64,000 bases of DNA from Octopus bimaculoides (GCF_001194135.2 NC_069005.1:3150544-3214543); one strand, 5' to 3'; numbered from the stretch's first letter, positions 23,993 to 37,705 are shown. Notes: generated by a model not told the origin, from the sequence alone. Numbers and translations: made by a program.

Positions 23993-25519
23993 CACCATGT
24001 GTGTTTGTACAAATGCACGCGAACTCATTCATATCCCACACATACATCCATAGTTATACACAACCAAGGGAGCGGTACGGGTTGCAACGAAACCGTCTCT
24101 CTGACAGTAGATCCACATTCATACAGAAATTAATTATTATCTAGCATTTATTTTAATGATTTTGAAAGCCCTCGGTCAAAATACTAGATATACTTTGAAA
24201 CAATCGCTCCCTCTCCTATACACCCAGCCTCACACGAACTGGCTCTTCCGTTCGGTGGATCAGCTGGAACCCTTGTCGCAATCGACGGAATGCCAATCTT
24301 CTCTGTGACACGTATACATGTCTGTGTGTATATGATTATTTTTAACAAGTTGTCTCGTCTGGAACAGGCAAAACCACCAAATAGAAAATATATATGCTAG
24401 TGTTTGTATGTGTGTTTGCACCCGAACTCATTCATACCCGTTACACATACCCTCACATATGCACATATGCATATATGAGTATGCGTGTGGATAAAGTTAC
24501 CCATAACATTTTAGTGGGATGTTTAGCCGGTGCCTGTTGTAAACTCTGGTTTTATACACAACTGTGGTGGAATGAGTTCTAAAACCATGCTTCGCAGACT
24601 GAACGAACTCCTCCATCATCACTACCACCAGTGTCCACTGAAGAAGAGCGCCGGATCCTGAAAATTGCATTTAAGAAATATAAGAAACGTTGATAATTAA
24701 ACTAGAATCGAACCTGGTACCGCTTAACCTGCTCGCATTCGTATACTCATTACATATATACGCGTCTCTCTCTACCCCTCTCTCTCTCACTTTCACTCTT
24801 TCTCTCGACCCAAAATCAAGAATGCAGTATAGTCTCTCCGATTGCAACGCTATGCAGTAAGAGCCAAAGTTATCCCAGATTACATATTACCGGCTTTAAA
24901 AGAAGGTGATAGTCACCTCTTGGTTACGATATCTTTGTATATTTAAAGAGAGATAGAGATAGATAGACAGATAGACAGACAGACAGACGGACAGACATAC
25001 AGATACATGGATAGATAGACAGACAGGTAAATAGATAGATAGAGAGATAGGTAGATAGATAGATAGATATGTAAGTATCTATGTTCATAAACACACATAC
25101 ATACACATAAGCACACACAATTACCGTCAAAATCTGATCGGTCATTCAACAATCTATACAGCCCTGAGTGAGAAGCGTTTAATTAGCCGTAAGGCATGCT
25201 AGAAAGAACAGCAAAATATCTTTGAAATGACATTGATCTGAACTTTAAATAGGACGTGTTGTGTTATAAGATATTGAAGGCCTCAACTATTCAGATATAC
25301 TGGTACCATTAAACGGGAGTGGCACGACTGGAAATCGATTATCAGAGTTATGCCCCTGATAGACTACCCCTTAAGCTGAACAACAATGATAATTACTACA
25401 GCTCGAATCTACACATTAGCCAGTCAGACAGCCACCTTTCAAGCCAGCCTGCCGACCGGCTCGTAAGCCGACCAGCATCCGGAAAGTCAGGCAACCGAGT
25501 ATGCGCTTCAGGTATACAC

Positions 25520-25796
25520 ACCTACCTACCTACCTACCTGCCTACCTACATACATACATACAATTACACCCACCCACACACACACACACACGCTGATTTC
25601 TACGCATGTATATATGAACAAATACGCACACATTCCGATATATCCACACTCGTATACGAACTCACTGCAATATATACACACACGCACACATACAAACACA
25701 CGCACAAACACACATACACACACACACACCGACACATCTAGGATTACATACAAACACTTACTGATATATACACACGCGCACACACACTAGACACAT

Positions 25797-25833
<37 letters not shown>

Positions 25834-26260
25834 AAGATCGATGTATCGAAACTAACATACACAAACGCACGGATATATACACATGCGCATACACACACAC
25901 ACATGCACATATACACACGCACACACACATGCACATACACACACACGCACGCAAATTGATTTCTACATATGTAGGTATAAACACACATATATACACACAT
26001 ACTCCGATATCTCCATATACACACAATGATACATCCACACGCAGCTACATACATGCATATAAAAACACATACACATATACACAACCATATACACAACTCA
26101 CATACACACACAGACACAAACACATACACACACATACGCGCACACATACATTTACCGATATATATATATACACATGCGCAAACAAACACCCGCGCATACG
26201 CCTGTATATGCATCCGTGCACATATATATACAATAAACACGAACACACATTCACATTGAT
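25520..26260. repeat. Degenerate (CA)/(TA) field
   Basis: Seen directly. Confidence 0.92.
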
Positions 26261-26872
26261 AGCAAGCTGCACATGTCTGCCACTACTTAATATAGGACGT
26301 TTCACATTTCTCATAGCTGGGTATCGGACGTATCTGTGTGGGGGAGCATATGTGCATGCGCGCATGCGTGTTTATGCGCATGTTTGTCAGAGTGTGTTGC
26401 AGAGATGCACGTATGTATCTATGCATGTGGCAAGTCTCTATACTTGGGTCAACATCTCAAATTTTCAACTTATATCATGGCAATGTTTTTCTTTTTGTTT
26501 TTTTTTACGAATGTTTGGTTTTATAGATTAGAATTTTTTTAGATTTCCTTACATCATATATAAAACAGATTGTATACATACATATATATATAGATATGCA
26601 GGGCAGGGAATCATCAATTAGTAATAAAATTAATAATTAACAATTCTGCCGGGTAGCTCAGTATGAAAAAAACCTTCTTCGGTAAAAAATTTATAATCAT
26701 AAATATATAGGGATTGACAGTAACCTGCTTATATATATATNNNNNNNNNNNNNNNNNNNNNNNNNNNNNNNNNNNNNNNNNNNNNNNNNNNNNNNNNNNN
26801 NNNNNNNNNNNNNNNNNNNNNNNNNNNNNNNNNNNNNNNNNNNNNNNNNNNNNNNNNNNNNNTATATATATG

Positions 26873-27165
26873 GTGGAGGCGCAATGGCCCAATGTTTAGG
26901 GCATGGATCTCGTGGTCATAGGATCGCGGTTTCGATTCCCAGACCGGGCGTTGTGAGTGTTTATTGAGCGAAAACACCTAAAGCACCACGAGGATCCGAC
27001 AGGGGATGGTGGCGAACCCTGCTGTACTCTTCCACCACAACTTTCTCTCAGTCTTACTTCCTGTTTCTGTTGTGCCTGTAATTCAAAGGGCCAGCCTTGT
27101 CATACTGTGTCACGCTGAATATCCCCGAGAGGGTACACGTGTCTGTGGAGTGCTGATGGACGAGT
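26873..27165 (+). mobile_element. SINE family C (tRNA-like head, CORE-type; possibly related to octopus OR SINEs)
   Basis: ggcgcaatggcccaatgtttaggg (A-box-like), ggtttcgattcccagaccgggcg (B-box-like), gcgttgtgagtgtttattgagc, tcaaagggccagccttgtcatactgtgtcacgctgaat. Confidence 0.85.
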
Positions 27166-27488
27166 TTTCACCCAGACACACGCTGACACACACACACATG
27201 CACGTCCATCACAAACACACAGGAACGCAGCAACTCTTATTAGACCGGCCGGTGCTTAACCAGGTCTCTTTGGGGGTATCGGTGTGTGTGTGGGAGGAAA
27301 AACAAAATTCTTCTGCTAGTTCACCGCGAATTGCCATTCAGCTGGCGCTGCTATTGATTTCGGGGGTAATGCCTTGAGCACCGTGCGAGGAACTACCTAA
27401 CTCCAAATCGCGAGTGGCCACCTGGTTGAAGAATCAGACGCAGAACAAGCTAGTACAATTAACAACCTTTTCCAAAATGTAATTACGC

Positions 27489-27519
<31 letters not shown>

Positions 27520-27740
27520 CCTGTCTGTCTGTCTGTTTATGTATCTATCTATCTAACTATCTTCTTTTTTCTCTCGGTCTCTTTTGATCGAACTCCCCCC
27601 TTTTTTCCTTCCCACGATCCCTTTTGATCGACACCCACCCCTACTTTTTTTTCTCTTCTTCCTTACCCCTCCTAAAAAAAAAGCACTACATTGTATTCGT
27701 CCCATCTTTGTTGAGCCCTGTGTGGCTAATAAAAGAAATG

Positions 27741-27778
<38 letters not shown>

Positions 27779-28661
27779 ACTATCTATCTATCTATCTATG
27801 TATCTATCTATCTATCTATCTATCTATCTAAACATCTGGATACCCATCTGTTTATCTATTGCTTTCTCTACATAAGTAGGAGAGATCGTGACAGGGACAG
27901 AGAGAGATAGAGAGAGAGATAGATAGAGATAGAGAGAGATAAAGAGAGAGTGATAAAGAGAGAGAGAGGGAGATAAAGAGCGAGAGTGCTGTACAAACAT
28001 ACATACACAATATGTCTTTATTTTCTATTATAGTCCCACACATGCTTTCTCTGTTTTCCTCTGTCCTTCCGTCACATCCCATATGAATGAGTGTAACATT
28101 ATTTTATACCCGAAACACACGTTAACCGTTGCGAAACCCGGTACCACACTTGGCACAATCGGAAGTATACCAGCCGACCACCCGCTTCATGAAGTGGGTT
28201 CGTTACCTGGTTGTGACTTACCATCAAGTATCACTGAGACCAGTGGAAGTTAATTGGAAGGTGTAAAGACGGTGAGACTGTGCGAACGATCCACACCTGT
28301 TGAGTGCCTGAGTTTTTCAGTTACGTCCCCAGAATTAACGATTTCGAATCCTGACGTGGCTATGACACAGATAAACACGGGCTATCCCCAAAACTAAATT
28401 GATTGTAGGATATGGAATACACGATTAAATCCTTACACACACACTCATATATATATATATATACCCGTCCTGCCCAGCTCTTCGAAACGCCCGTGTTAAA
28501 ACGGGGTAGCTGATGAAGAAGAATGTTCTCTATGTGGCTTGTGTGTCTTCTCGTCTACGTTTTGTTTGCAATGTCCTGTACCCAGATATGCACCTATACC
28601 TACAGGTGGATGTCGGTATGCACATACCTGTACGTATATATGCATATACTCATTTACTATT

Positions 28662-28741
<80 letters not shown>

Positions 28742-28822
28742 GTACATACATACATACATACATACATACATACATACTTACATACATTCATGTATGTGTG
28801 TATTTTATCGTTTACTTATTAC

Positions 28823-29165
28823 AGTCATGAGAACGCGGCCGTGCTGGGGCATCTCATTGAGGGGTTTAAGCGATCAGATCAATTCAGGTGTTGCCTTTTT
28901 TTTTTAAACATAGTACTGACTCAATCACAATGGTTTATTGCCGGACCGCTAGCTTACAGGGACGCAAGCAAACTAACACCCGTCCTGAAGCGGTAGCAGG
29001 AGACAAACACAAGCATAAAGACACACATAAACATTATATATATATATATAGATATAGGATGGGCTTCTTTCAGTTTCCGTCTAGCACATCCACTCAGGGT
29101 CCGAGGCTGTAGAAAGATACACGTGCCCAAGTTACTACGGGGTTGAACTGAACTCGGTACGATTA
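28823..29165 (-). mobile_element. SINE family B, diverged
   Basis: ggccgtgctggggca..., internal (TA)n, ttctttcagtttccgtct. Confidence 0.75.
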
Positions 29166-30829
29166 CACATAAAGTCAAGCAATTTGAGTGGGGGGTAGGT
29201 AGGAGGACTCATAGGTGGGGCAATAGTTGCAGTTATCAAATCGAGGCAGGACACTATTGGTGATCTATGTGATTGGACTGCAAAGTCGACCATATCGAGA
29301 TTTGAACTCATAATGTAAAGATCCAAAACAAATTCGGGAAAAAATAAAAAAAAACATATTTTATTGAACTCATCGGCAACTCTGCCGTATCAAGGCGAGT
29401 GTGCGGTATACACAACCACACATAAACTCGGACACACGCGTATACTGTGACGTAGACATGTACAGAAGCACACTTACAAACGCTATGTGTGTGTGTATAT
29501 GTTCGTGTATGTGTTTGAGAGTTTGAGAATGATAGAAAGAGAAAGAGAGAGGCAGAGAGGGGTAGAGAGAGAGAATGTGTGTGATAAATAGAAAGGGAGC
29601 GAGAGAGGCGGTGAGATTAGAACTGGTGCTTGAAAATTAAAATTGGATCGAAACCGACCTGGATCTGCAGCTGATAGGAACACCAGAGCAACCGGCATCG
29701 AAGCGCATAAAGCTTTGTTTCGGAAACTATTCTATATTACAGTAGTTATCAATAACATCGCTTAATATATATATATATATATATATATATAGCTTTTTAG
29801 CTGCTATTTCTGAACTTCGGTATATGGTGAAGCAACTGTTTGCTGATCCCTTAATTATGTTTATATATATATNNNNNNNNNNNNNNNNNNNNNNNNNNNN
29901 NNNNNNNNNNNNNNNNNNNNNNNNNNNNNNNNNNNNNNNNNNNNNNNNNNNNNNNNNNNNNNNNNNNNNNNNNNNNNNNNNNNNNNNNNNNNNNNNNNNN
30001 NNNNNNNNNNNNNNNNNNNNNNNNNNNNNNNNNNNNNNNNNNNNNNNNNNNNNNNNNNNNNNNNNNNNNNNNNNNNNNNNNNNNNNNNNNNNNNNNNNNN
30101 NNNNNNNNNNNNNNNNNNNNNNNNNNNNNNNNNNNNNNNNNNNNNNNNNNNNNNNNNNNNNNNNNNNNNNNNNNNNNNNNNNNNNNNNNNNNNNNNNNNN
30201 NNNNNNNNNNNNNNNNNNNNNNNNNNNNNNNNNNNNNNNNNNNNNNNNNNNNNNNNNNNNNNNNNNNNNNNNNNNNNNNNNNNNNNNNNNNNNNNNNNNN
30301 NNNNNNNNNNNNNNNNNNNNNNNNNNNNNNNNNNNNNNNNNNNNNNNNNNNNNNNNNNNNNNNNNNNNNNNNNNNNNNNNNNNNNNNNNNNNNNNNNNNN
30401 NNNNNNNNNNNNNNNNNNNNNNNNNNNNNNNNNNNNNNNNNNNNNNNNNNNNNNNNNNNNNNNNNNNNNNNNNNNNNNNNNNNNNNNNNNNNNNNNNNNN
30501 NNNNNNNNNNNNNNNNNNNNNNNNNNNNNNNNNNNNNNNNNNNNNNNNTATATATATATATATATATATGCAATCAGCTGTATATAATTTATAGATTAAT
30601 ATGTAATATTTTTCGAAGAATTAATGTCGACTTTGATGCAATGTACAACACGCGAATGAATCCGAATATATACAAACATACACACATGCACACATATACA
30701 CACTCACACACTCACACATACACGCACTTACGCACAAAGAGTTTACATGACATTGAAAGAATCGGCAATAATGTTTTGTTTACATACCTGTACAAACGCA
30801 CTCAAGTTGTATACACATGCATATGCATA

Positions 30830-30836
30830 CATACAC

Positions 30837-30877
<41 letters not shown>

Positions 30878-31099
30878 TACATATATATATATATATGCTT
30901 GTATATAAATACTACATTTTCCGCTTATGTTTATTTGTAAACACATAAGTACCTAAATATGTATTCTTAAATACATAAATACATACGTACACACACAACA
31001 TATAGATATATATATACATATATATATGTGTATATATATGTATACATATATATTTATATGTATAAACATATATATATATATGCATATATATATATATAC

Positions 31100-31130
<31 letters not shown>

Positions 31131-31284
31131 CTCATACACATACACAAACACGTACACAAACGCACATATATACATACATAAATGTAAATATATATATATG
31201 TAAATACCTATGTATATACACGTGTGTATGTAGGGTGGCGCAAACTTAATGTACGTGCACCCGATATATGTATATATGTATATG

Positions 31285-31334
<50 letters not shown>

Positions 31335-31340
31335 TGTGTG
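30830..31340. repeat. (CA)n - (TA/TG)n - (TG)n field
   Basis: Seen directly. Confidence 0.92.
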
Positions 31341-31384
31341 TTTCCCCCACACGTGTGGATGTTACGTTTTGGCGTTTTACTTAC

Positions 31385-31460
31385 CGTTCATAGCTGCCAT
31401 GAATCCGATGAAGATCGTGTAAGGATATCCAAAGGAGTTGAAGCGTTGTATATACGTCAT
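31385..31460 (-). CDS. Candidate first coding exon of an unidentified host gene: MTYIQRFNSFGYPYTIFIGFMAAMN + phase-1 intron
   Basis: Minus strand reads gccatcATG (A at -3), 25 open codons +1 nt, then AACG|GTAAGT, a strong donor. In-frame TAA 7 codons upstream of the ATG. No polypyrimidine acceptor upstream, only a long GA-rich leader. Moderately hydrophobic stretch (YTIFIGFMAAM). Protein family not recognised. Confidence 0.5.
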
Positions 31461-31509
31461 GATGGCAAAGTATTCGCTTTACTTCGTGCTTGGCTTTCGT
31501 CGTTCTATC

Positions 31510-31826
31510 TACTGCTTGTCTTTTTACCTCTTCTATTCCTCTAAAATTCTATTCCTCTATTCCTCTCTTCCTCTATTCCATTCATTTCCTATCTCCTACA
31601 CTCTGTTAGTCTCTTTCAAAATCACCGTATTTCTCACCCTCTCTTTTCTCTCTCTCTCTTTATCTCTTTCTCACCTTCTTTCTATATCTCCTTCTTTATT
31701 TTCCTTCCTCTAATACAACAATCCGGCTTTCATTATTTTTCTATTTCTCTCTCTCTCTCTCTTCCTCGTTCTCTTTCTCTTTCTATCTATCTCACTCTGG
31801 ATAGTGTTCTACCCCTACTAAACTTA

Positions 31827-31861
<35 letters not shown>

Positions 31862-32387
31862 ACACACACACACACACTCTCTTTCACTCTCTCACTCTCG
31901 CCTCATCGCTTACTTTATCTCTAATGCCAGCTCTATATTTTATTTAATTCTTTTCCAACTATCTGTCTTTCTCCCCCCCCCCCNNNNNNNNNNNNCCCTT
32001 CCTCCCTCCCTCCCTCACTCAATCACTCACTCACTCAATCACTCACACACTCCTCATTCTCTCACTCACTCACTCACAAATATACTATCTTTCTATTTCT
32101 CTTCCCTCCCCTCACAGTCTTTACCCCTCTCTCGTCTTTCACTTCCCCACACTTTTTCTCGTTTTCCCTCTGTCTCTTTTCCTCTACGACTCTCTCATCT
32201 CTCTTTCTCTCATCCTCCTCCTCCCCCCTCTCTATCTCTCTCTTTCTCTCTCTCACTCCTTCTCTTTCTCTCTCCCTGCCTTATTCGGCCCGTCGTTGTT
32301 ATTTGTACAGATAGCTTTACTTCATTCGTTCGTTCGGTACGTCCTACCGTACATTCATCCAGTTTCATGCACGCACACAAGCAAACA

Positions 32388-32452
<65 letters not shown>

Positions 32453-32650
32453 ACACACACACACTACACTCTCTCTGTCTCTTTCTCTTTCTCCCTCATA
32501 CACAAGCTCACATATACACAAACACACTATACGTTCACACTGACACACATTCTTTGCACACTTCGCTCACATTTACCTCTCACTCACTCTCTCTCTCTCT
32601 CTGCCTCTCCACTTTCACTCTCACTTTCCACCACTCTTTTATTTTCACTT
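31510..32650. repeat. Polypyrimidine (CT-rich) tract plus (CA)n
   Basis: Seen directly; lies upstream of the candidate minus-strand first exon. Confidence 0.9.
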
Positions 32651-33994
32651 TCATTCACTATCGGTGACCGATGTTGCACGCATGCATACATATATACAGA
32701 CGTTCACAGACACACGAACGCAAGCGCACATACACCTCAGGGTATACATACGCACACCTATACATGTATGCATGTAAACATGCACAAATGCATGCATACA
32801 TACATGGCTAAAAGTTCATATATGCAGGCATCGGTAAATATATATGTGTATGTAACGATATATAATATATTTATAATATATATATATATATATANNNNNN
32901 NNNNNNNNNNNNNNNNNNNNNNNNNNNNNNNNNNNNNNNNNNNNNNNNNNNNNNNNNNNNNNNNNNNNNNNNNNNNNNNNNNNNNNNNNNNNNNNNNNNN
33001 NNNNNNNNNNNNNNNNNNNNNNNNNNNNNNNNNNNNNNNNNNNNNNNNNNNNNNNNNNNNNNNNNNNNNNNNNNNNNNNNNNNNNNNNNNNNNNNNNNNN
33101 NNNNNNNNNNNNNNNNNNNNNNNNNNNNNNNNNNNNNNNNNNNNNNNNNNNNNNNNNNNNNNNNNNNNNNNNNNNNNNNNNNNNNNNNNNNNNNNNNNNN
33201 NNNNNNNNNNNNNNNNNNNNNNNNNNTATATATGGGAGAATTTACGAAAAAAAAAACAGATGAGGACAGGTGGTGTAATATATACATATGTATGCATCCA
33301 TATGTAGATAAGCATATATATGTGTGTATGTATATAAAAATATATATGTATATAAACATATATAAATATATACATATGTATATATATACATATATATATT
33401 AAGGCGAACTCACACACACACGAACTCAGGCATACACATGCACACACACACACATATACACACACGCGAACTCACCTATACAGATGCACACACATATACA
33501 CTCATATATATACATATACATATCTGCGAAAATATTCATACAGAGTTAGATAGGTAGATAGATAGATAGAGAGTTTGGTAGGTAGGTAGGTACCTAGACA
33601 GGTAAATAAGTAGAGAGAGAAAGAGAGAAAGAGAAAACGAAACAGGGCGAGTGTTCGATAGATACGCAGAGAAATAGATACATAGATAAATAATAATACA
33701 TCTGGATAAATAGATAGATACATTGATTGATAAATTGATAGAAAGATATAAATATTATATTACACACCTTCTCTATACTTCTTTCTCTCGCTGCCACCTC
33801 ATTTATATCGCTATATATGCGTGATTCGATCATAACTTTTGGTTTTCTTACATTGTTCCCTTCCAACTTTCTCTTAGGACCTAACAAAAGAGCATCTCCA
33901 ACATAAAATGATGCCGCTAAAAAACACATCAAGATCTACCTCATATTACAGCGTGTTCCACACACTAAGTACAACACACACACCATATTGTGAT

Positions 33995-34167
33995 TTCAAA
34001 TTCTGGCACAAGGCCAGTATTTTCGAGGGACTGCTTAAACTGATTACATCGACAAAGGATGAAAGACAAAGTCGACCTCGGCCGAATTTGAACTCAGGAC
34101 GCAAAAACGAGCAAAATGCCTCTAAGCATTTCGTTCGACATGCTAACGACTCCGCTAGCTCACCAGC
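33995..34167 (-). mobile_element. SINE family A with internal deletion
   Basis: ttacatcgac is joined directly to aaaggatgaaag; the segment between the two atcgac motifs is lost. Confidence 0.85.
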
Positions 34168-34795
34168 TCATATACATTATATATTATATATTATATATAT
34201 TCTATTATATATGTAATATATAATATATATAATATGTATTATATATTATATCAGCGTGTGTCCGAAAGATGACAATGTCTAACTTTGATCATATCCAGTG
34301 CTTTAAGAGCCAAACCGGGTACTCATTAATGAGAGCCCTTGCAATATGTATATATATATATATATATNNNNNNNNNNNNNNNNNNNNNNNNNNNNNNNNN
34401 NNNNNNNNNNNNNNNNNNNNNNNNNNNNNNNNNNNNNNNNNNNNNNNNNNNNNNNNNNNNNNNNNNNNNNNNNNNNNNNNNNNNNNNNNNNNNNNNNNNN
34501 NNNNNNNNNNNNNNNNNNNNNNNNNNNNNNNNNNNNNNNNNNNNNNNNNNNNNNNNNNNNNNNNNNNNNNNNNNNNNNNNNNNNNNNNNNNNNNNNNNNN
34601 NNNNNNNNNNNNNNNNNNNNNNNNNNNNNNNNNNNNNNNNNNNNNNNNNNNNNNNNNNNNNNNNNNNNNNNNNNNNNNNNNNNNNNNNNNNNNNNNNNNN
34701 NNNNNNNNNNNNNNNNNNNNNNNNNNNNNNNNNNNNNNNNNNNNNNNNNNNNNNNNNNNNNNNNNNNNNNNNNNATATATATATATATATATATA

Positions 34796-35010
34796 CAGGG
34801 TGGCCTAAAAATGTAGGTTTACAGTTATCACGTAGGCGCATTAAATTTATTTTAAAACATTTTATTACATTTAAATTTCTCTTACAATTAACTAGGTTAG
34901 CATAGAATAATGGATTCAGAATTTGTTTTAATAATTAAAATCTATATCGTTAATATATGTATGCGAACGATATAGTTGAATAACGGTAAACCTACTTTTG
35001 GGGCACCCTG
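34796..35010. mobile_element. 215-bp Tc1/mariner-type MITE
   Basis: TIRs cagggtggcctaaaaatgtaggtttacagttat and (reverse complement of right end) cagggtgccccaaaagtaggtttaccgttat; TA on both flanks. Confidence 0.9.
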
Positions 35011-35906
35011 TATATATCAGAGGCGACTCCTGCTCATCAGCGTCACACACATTTCACATAACCCATATGCCTGTTCGTTTTCCCGCTCTATTTCTAGCCA
35101 GAAATAGCTTAATTTTTTATATGTAGCGCTATGGTTTCTCCATTTCTAAGTTAAGGGTAAAAATAAAGCAATCCTCCAAAACACAACTGATCTTTGCACA
35201 CAGAATAACAGCAATCAAATAATAACAGCGGATCGCACAACAAAGATCGGCAATCTCACTGTTACCTGTATTCTTGACAAGAGATACCAGTTAGTCTTGT
35301 AAACCTACCAAGCTCGTTCGTATTAACCCGAGTTAACTTAAAGAAGAAAGACGAAAACGGGAAATGTCTGTTAAATTTGATAAAAGATAAATAGTAAATA
35401 AAATATATGAACATATGAATAATGCAGTCCTTCTGATACAGGAAAAACTTCCAAATAGGGCCAGTCAAAGAACTCCACAGATCTATGATTACTTTGATCA
35501 CTACAAACACGTGCCCTCGCCCAAATGTTGTGCTCTAACCTACAGGCGTGTGCTTAGATTAAGATTCATCGACCCTATCCAGTTTTGCTGCAGTCGCCCA
35601 CCATTTTACAATTCGCTGGAAAGTCACTTTACCTTCTCTACTATCACTCTGTTTTCGAAGTGATATTTTGAACACTCGATAACGGCTTGGCCGAAGCAGA
35701 AGGTATTTTTTCTCACTCTTTCCATCCTCGTCCACCACACGACATCTTTCGCCATAATAACTATGATAATTATAATAAAAATGAATTATTGAATGTTTGA
35801 GGAAGTAGAGAAGTAATGAAAAAATGTCAAACGGAAGAAAGGGGATTGTTTGTAGGATGAGTTTAATGGAAAAGAGGAAGGAAGAATTTAGCAGTAATTG
35901 TATAAA

Positions 35907-36050
35907 AGGAAGGGGAAGAGAGAGAGGGGGGAAGAGAGAGAGGGGGAAGAGAGAGGGGGAAGAGAGAGAGGGGGAAGAGAGAGAGGGGGAAGAGAGAGAG
36001 GGGGGAAGAGAGAGAGGGGGTAAGAGAGCGAGAGAAATAGAAAGGGGGAA
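35907..36050 (+). repeat. 13-15-bp GGGGGAAGAGAGAGA minisatellite
   Basis: About 8 G-runs, purine-only apart from a few pyrimidines near the right end. Confidence 0.93.
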
Positions 36051-36136
36051 GATTGTATAGATGAGGAATGGTGGATGTAGGATTGAGAAAACTTTTTAAC
36101 AATTATGGATATGAGAAAATTAAAAACAAAACAGAA

Positions 36137-36193
<57 letters not shown>

Positions 36194-36811
36194 TAATGAG
36201 TGAGACAAAGAATTATAGAAAGCTACAACAGAATACATGCAGATGCATAAACATATACATGTATACACACATATATATACATACATACATACATACTGTA
36301 ATTGCAGTGTTATAGGATGCAATCTCGCTTAAGATAAACACCTACATGTTTATGGAAAAAATAGTATATTTTGAGAAAAACTCAAAAATAACGATAAATA
36401 ATACGCTCATACACTGGGTATGCCATCATTAATACATCCATATTTGTTGCATTTAAGCATAAAAGATCACGTCTTATACGCCGACATGTACGACGGCTAT
36501 TTTATAGGCATTTAGCGACCTGAAATTTTTCCTTCGACCGCTGCCGTACGTCAAAATAATTTCGGAAACTCGCAAAAGTTGGACTGGCTCCAACGGTGCC
36601 GACAATTTTGGTGCTAAGAAGATATTCAGGAACATTAGTGTTGCACTGTAGTGCAGTATTTTAAAATAAATTTAATGACTATTTAACAAAATTCTTTTGA
36701 ACAAGGAAAGAAATATGTCTTGCTTACTATGAATTCAGATATATATCGCTGTAAAATAGATATTTCTCTCACTCTCAAGCACCCACTCTGTCTCTCTCCC
36801 ACTCTGTGTGC

Positions 36812-36873
<62 letters not shown>

Positions 36874-37509
36874 GTATATGTATATATATATATATATGTG
36901 TATCTACATATATATGTGCATGTATGTATAAGTGCGTAGGTATAAATATACATACATAATACTTACATACATATATGTATGTATGTATGTGCATATATGA
37001 ATATATTTATACAAGCGAGGAAATAAATTCAACACATTTGGTAGTAGTTATATATATATATATGGACTGAGTTAAGCTGATGTTAAAAATACATACCGTA
37101 TTCATACTTAAATAACGTCTGCATACATACATACATACATACATACATACATACACAGACCCACATATATTTATATACAAACGTGCATAACTGTACAAAA
37201 TTAATTCTATTTTGTACAATATTGGACTTTACATATCTTTTGCCAACAGGAAGCAAGTCAATATATTTTGGTGACTCATATTTCTTGTGCCTTGCAACAG
37301 CAAATGTAGTTTGCAAATGTTTTATTTTATTTTTATTGTTTATTTTTTCGTTTTCAGTTGCTTCTTAAAACAATGAAAACTTTTCGCAGATGATACTTCA
37401 AGATACGCGAGTTTGTCTGAAAAATTTTACAAGCTAGGTTAAATATACTTTTGCAATTTAGTTCTTTCCATATGTGCTGCGTAAAATGATCTGTTTCAAA
37501 ATTCATTCA

Positions 37510-37705
37510 TCTTTTACTTGTTTCACTTATTCGTACTACGGCCATGCTGGTGCACGGCTGTGAGGTTTTGAGCAAAACAAATCGATACCGATAGTTATTA
37601 TTTTTTTAAAACGAATGTTTGGCACACATTCTGTTGGTCACAAATTTCGCTGGACGACTAACGGGTAAAGGGAGGTAAACATGGCAATACCGGGTGTCAA
37701 ATGTA
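37510..37705 (-). mobile_element. SINE family B tail, diverged
   Basis: cttttacttgtttca..ggccatgctgg. Confidence 0.65.

Noticed and set aside
24609-24692. Terminal exon TERTPPSSLPPVSTEEERRILKIAFKKYKKR*
   Set aside because: Protein-like composition, but a poor acceptor and no recognisable family.
26873-26950. tRNA gene
   Set aside because: It has A/B-box-like motifs but continues into a SINE body and lacks a proper acceptor stem; the same applies to all the SINE heads.
28219-28360. Minus-strand ATG|GTAAGT donor with upstream acceptors
   Set aside because: The longer candidate exons are closed in all frames; only a weak 12-nt option remains.
36590-36630. Tc1-like terminal repeat (ggtgccgacaattttgg)
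   Set aside because: Single, degenerate, and no matching second end found.
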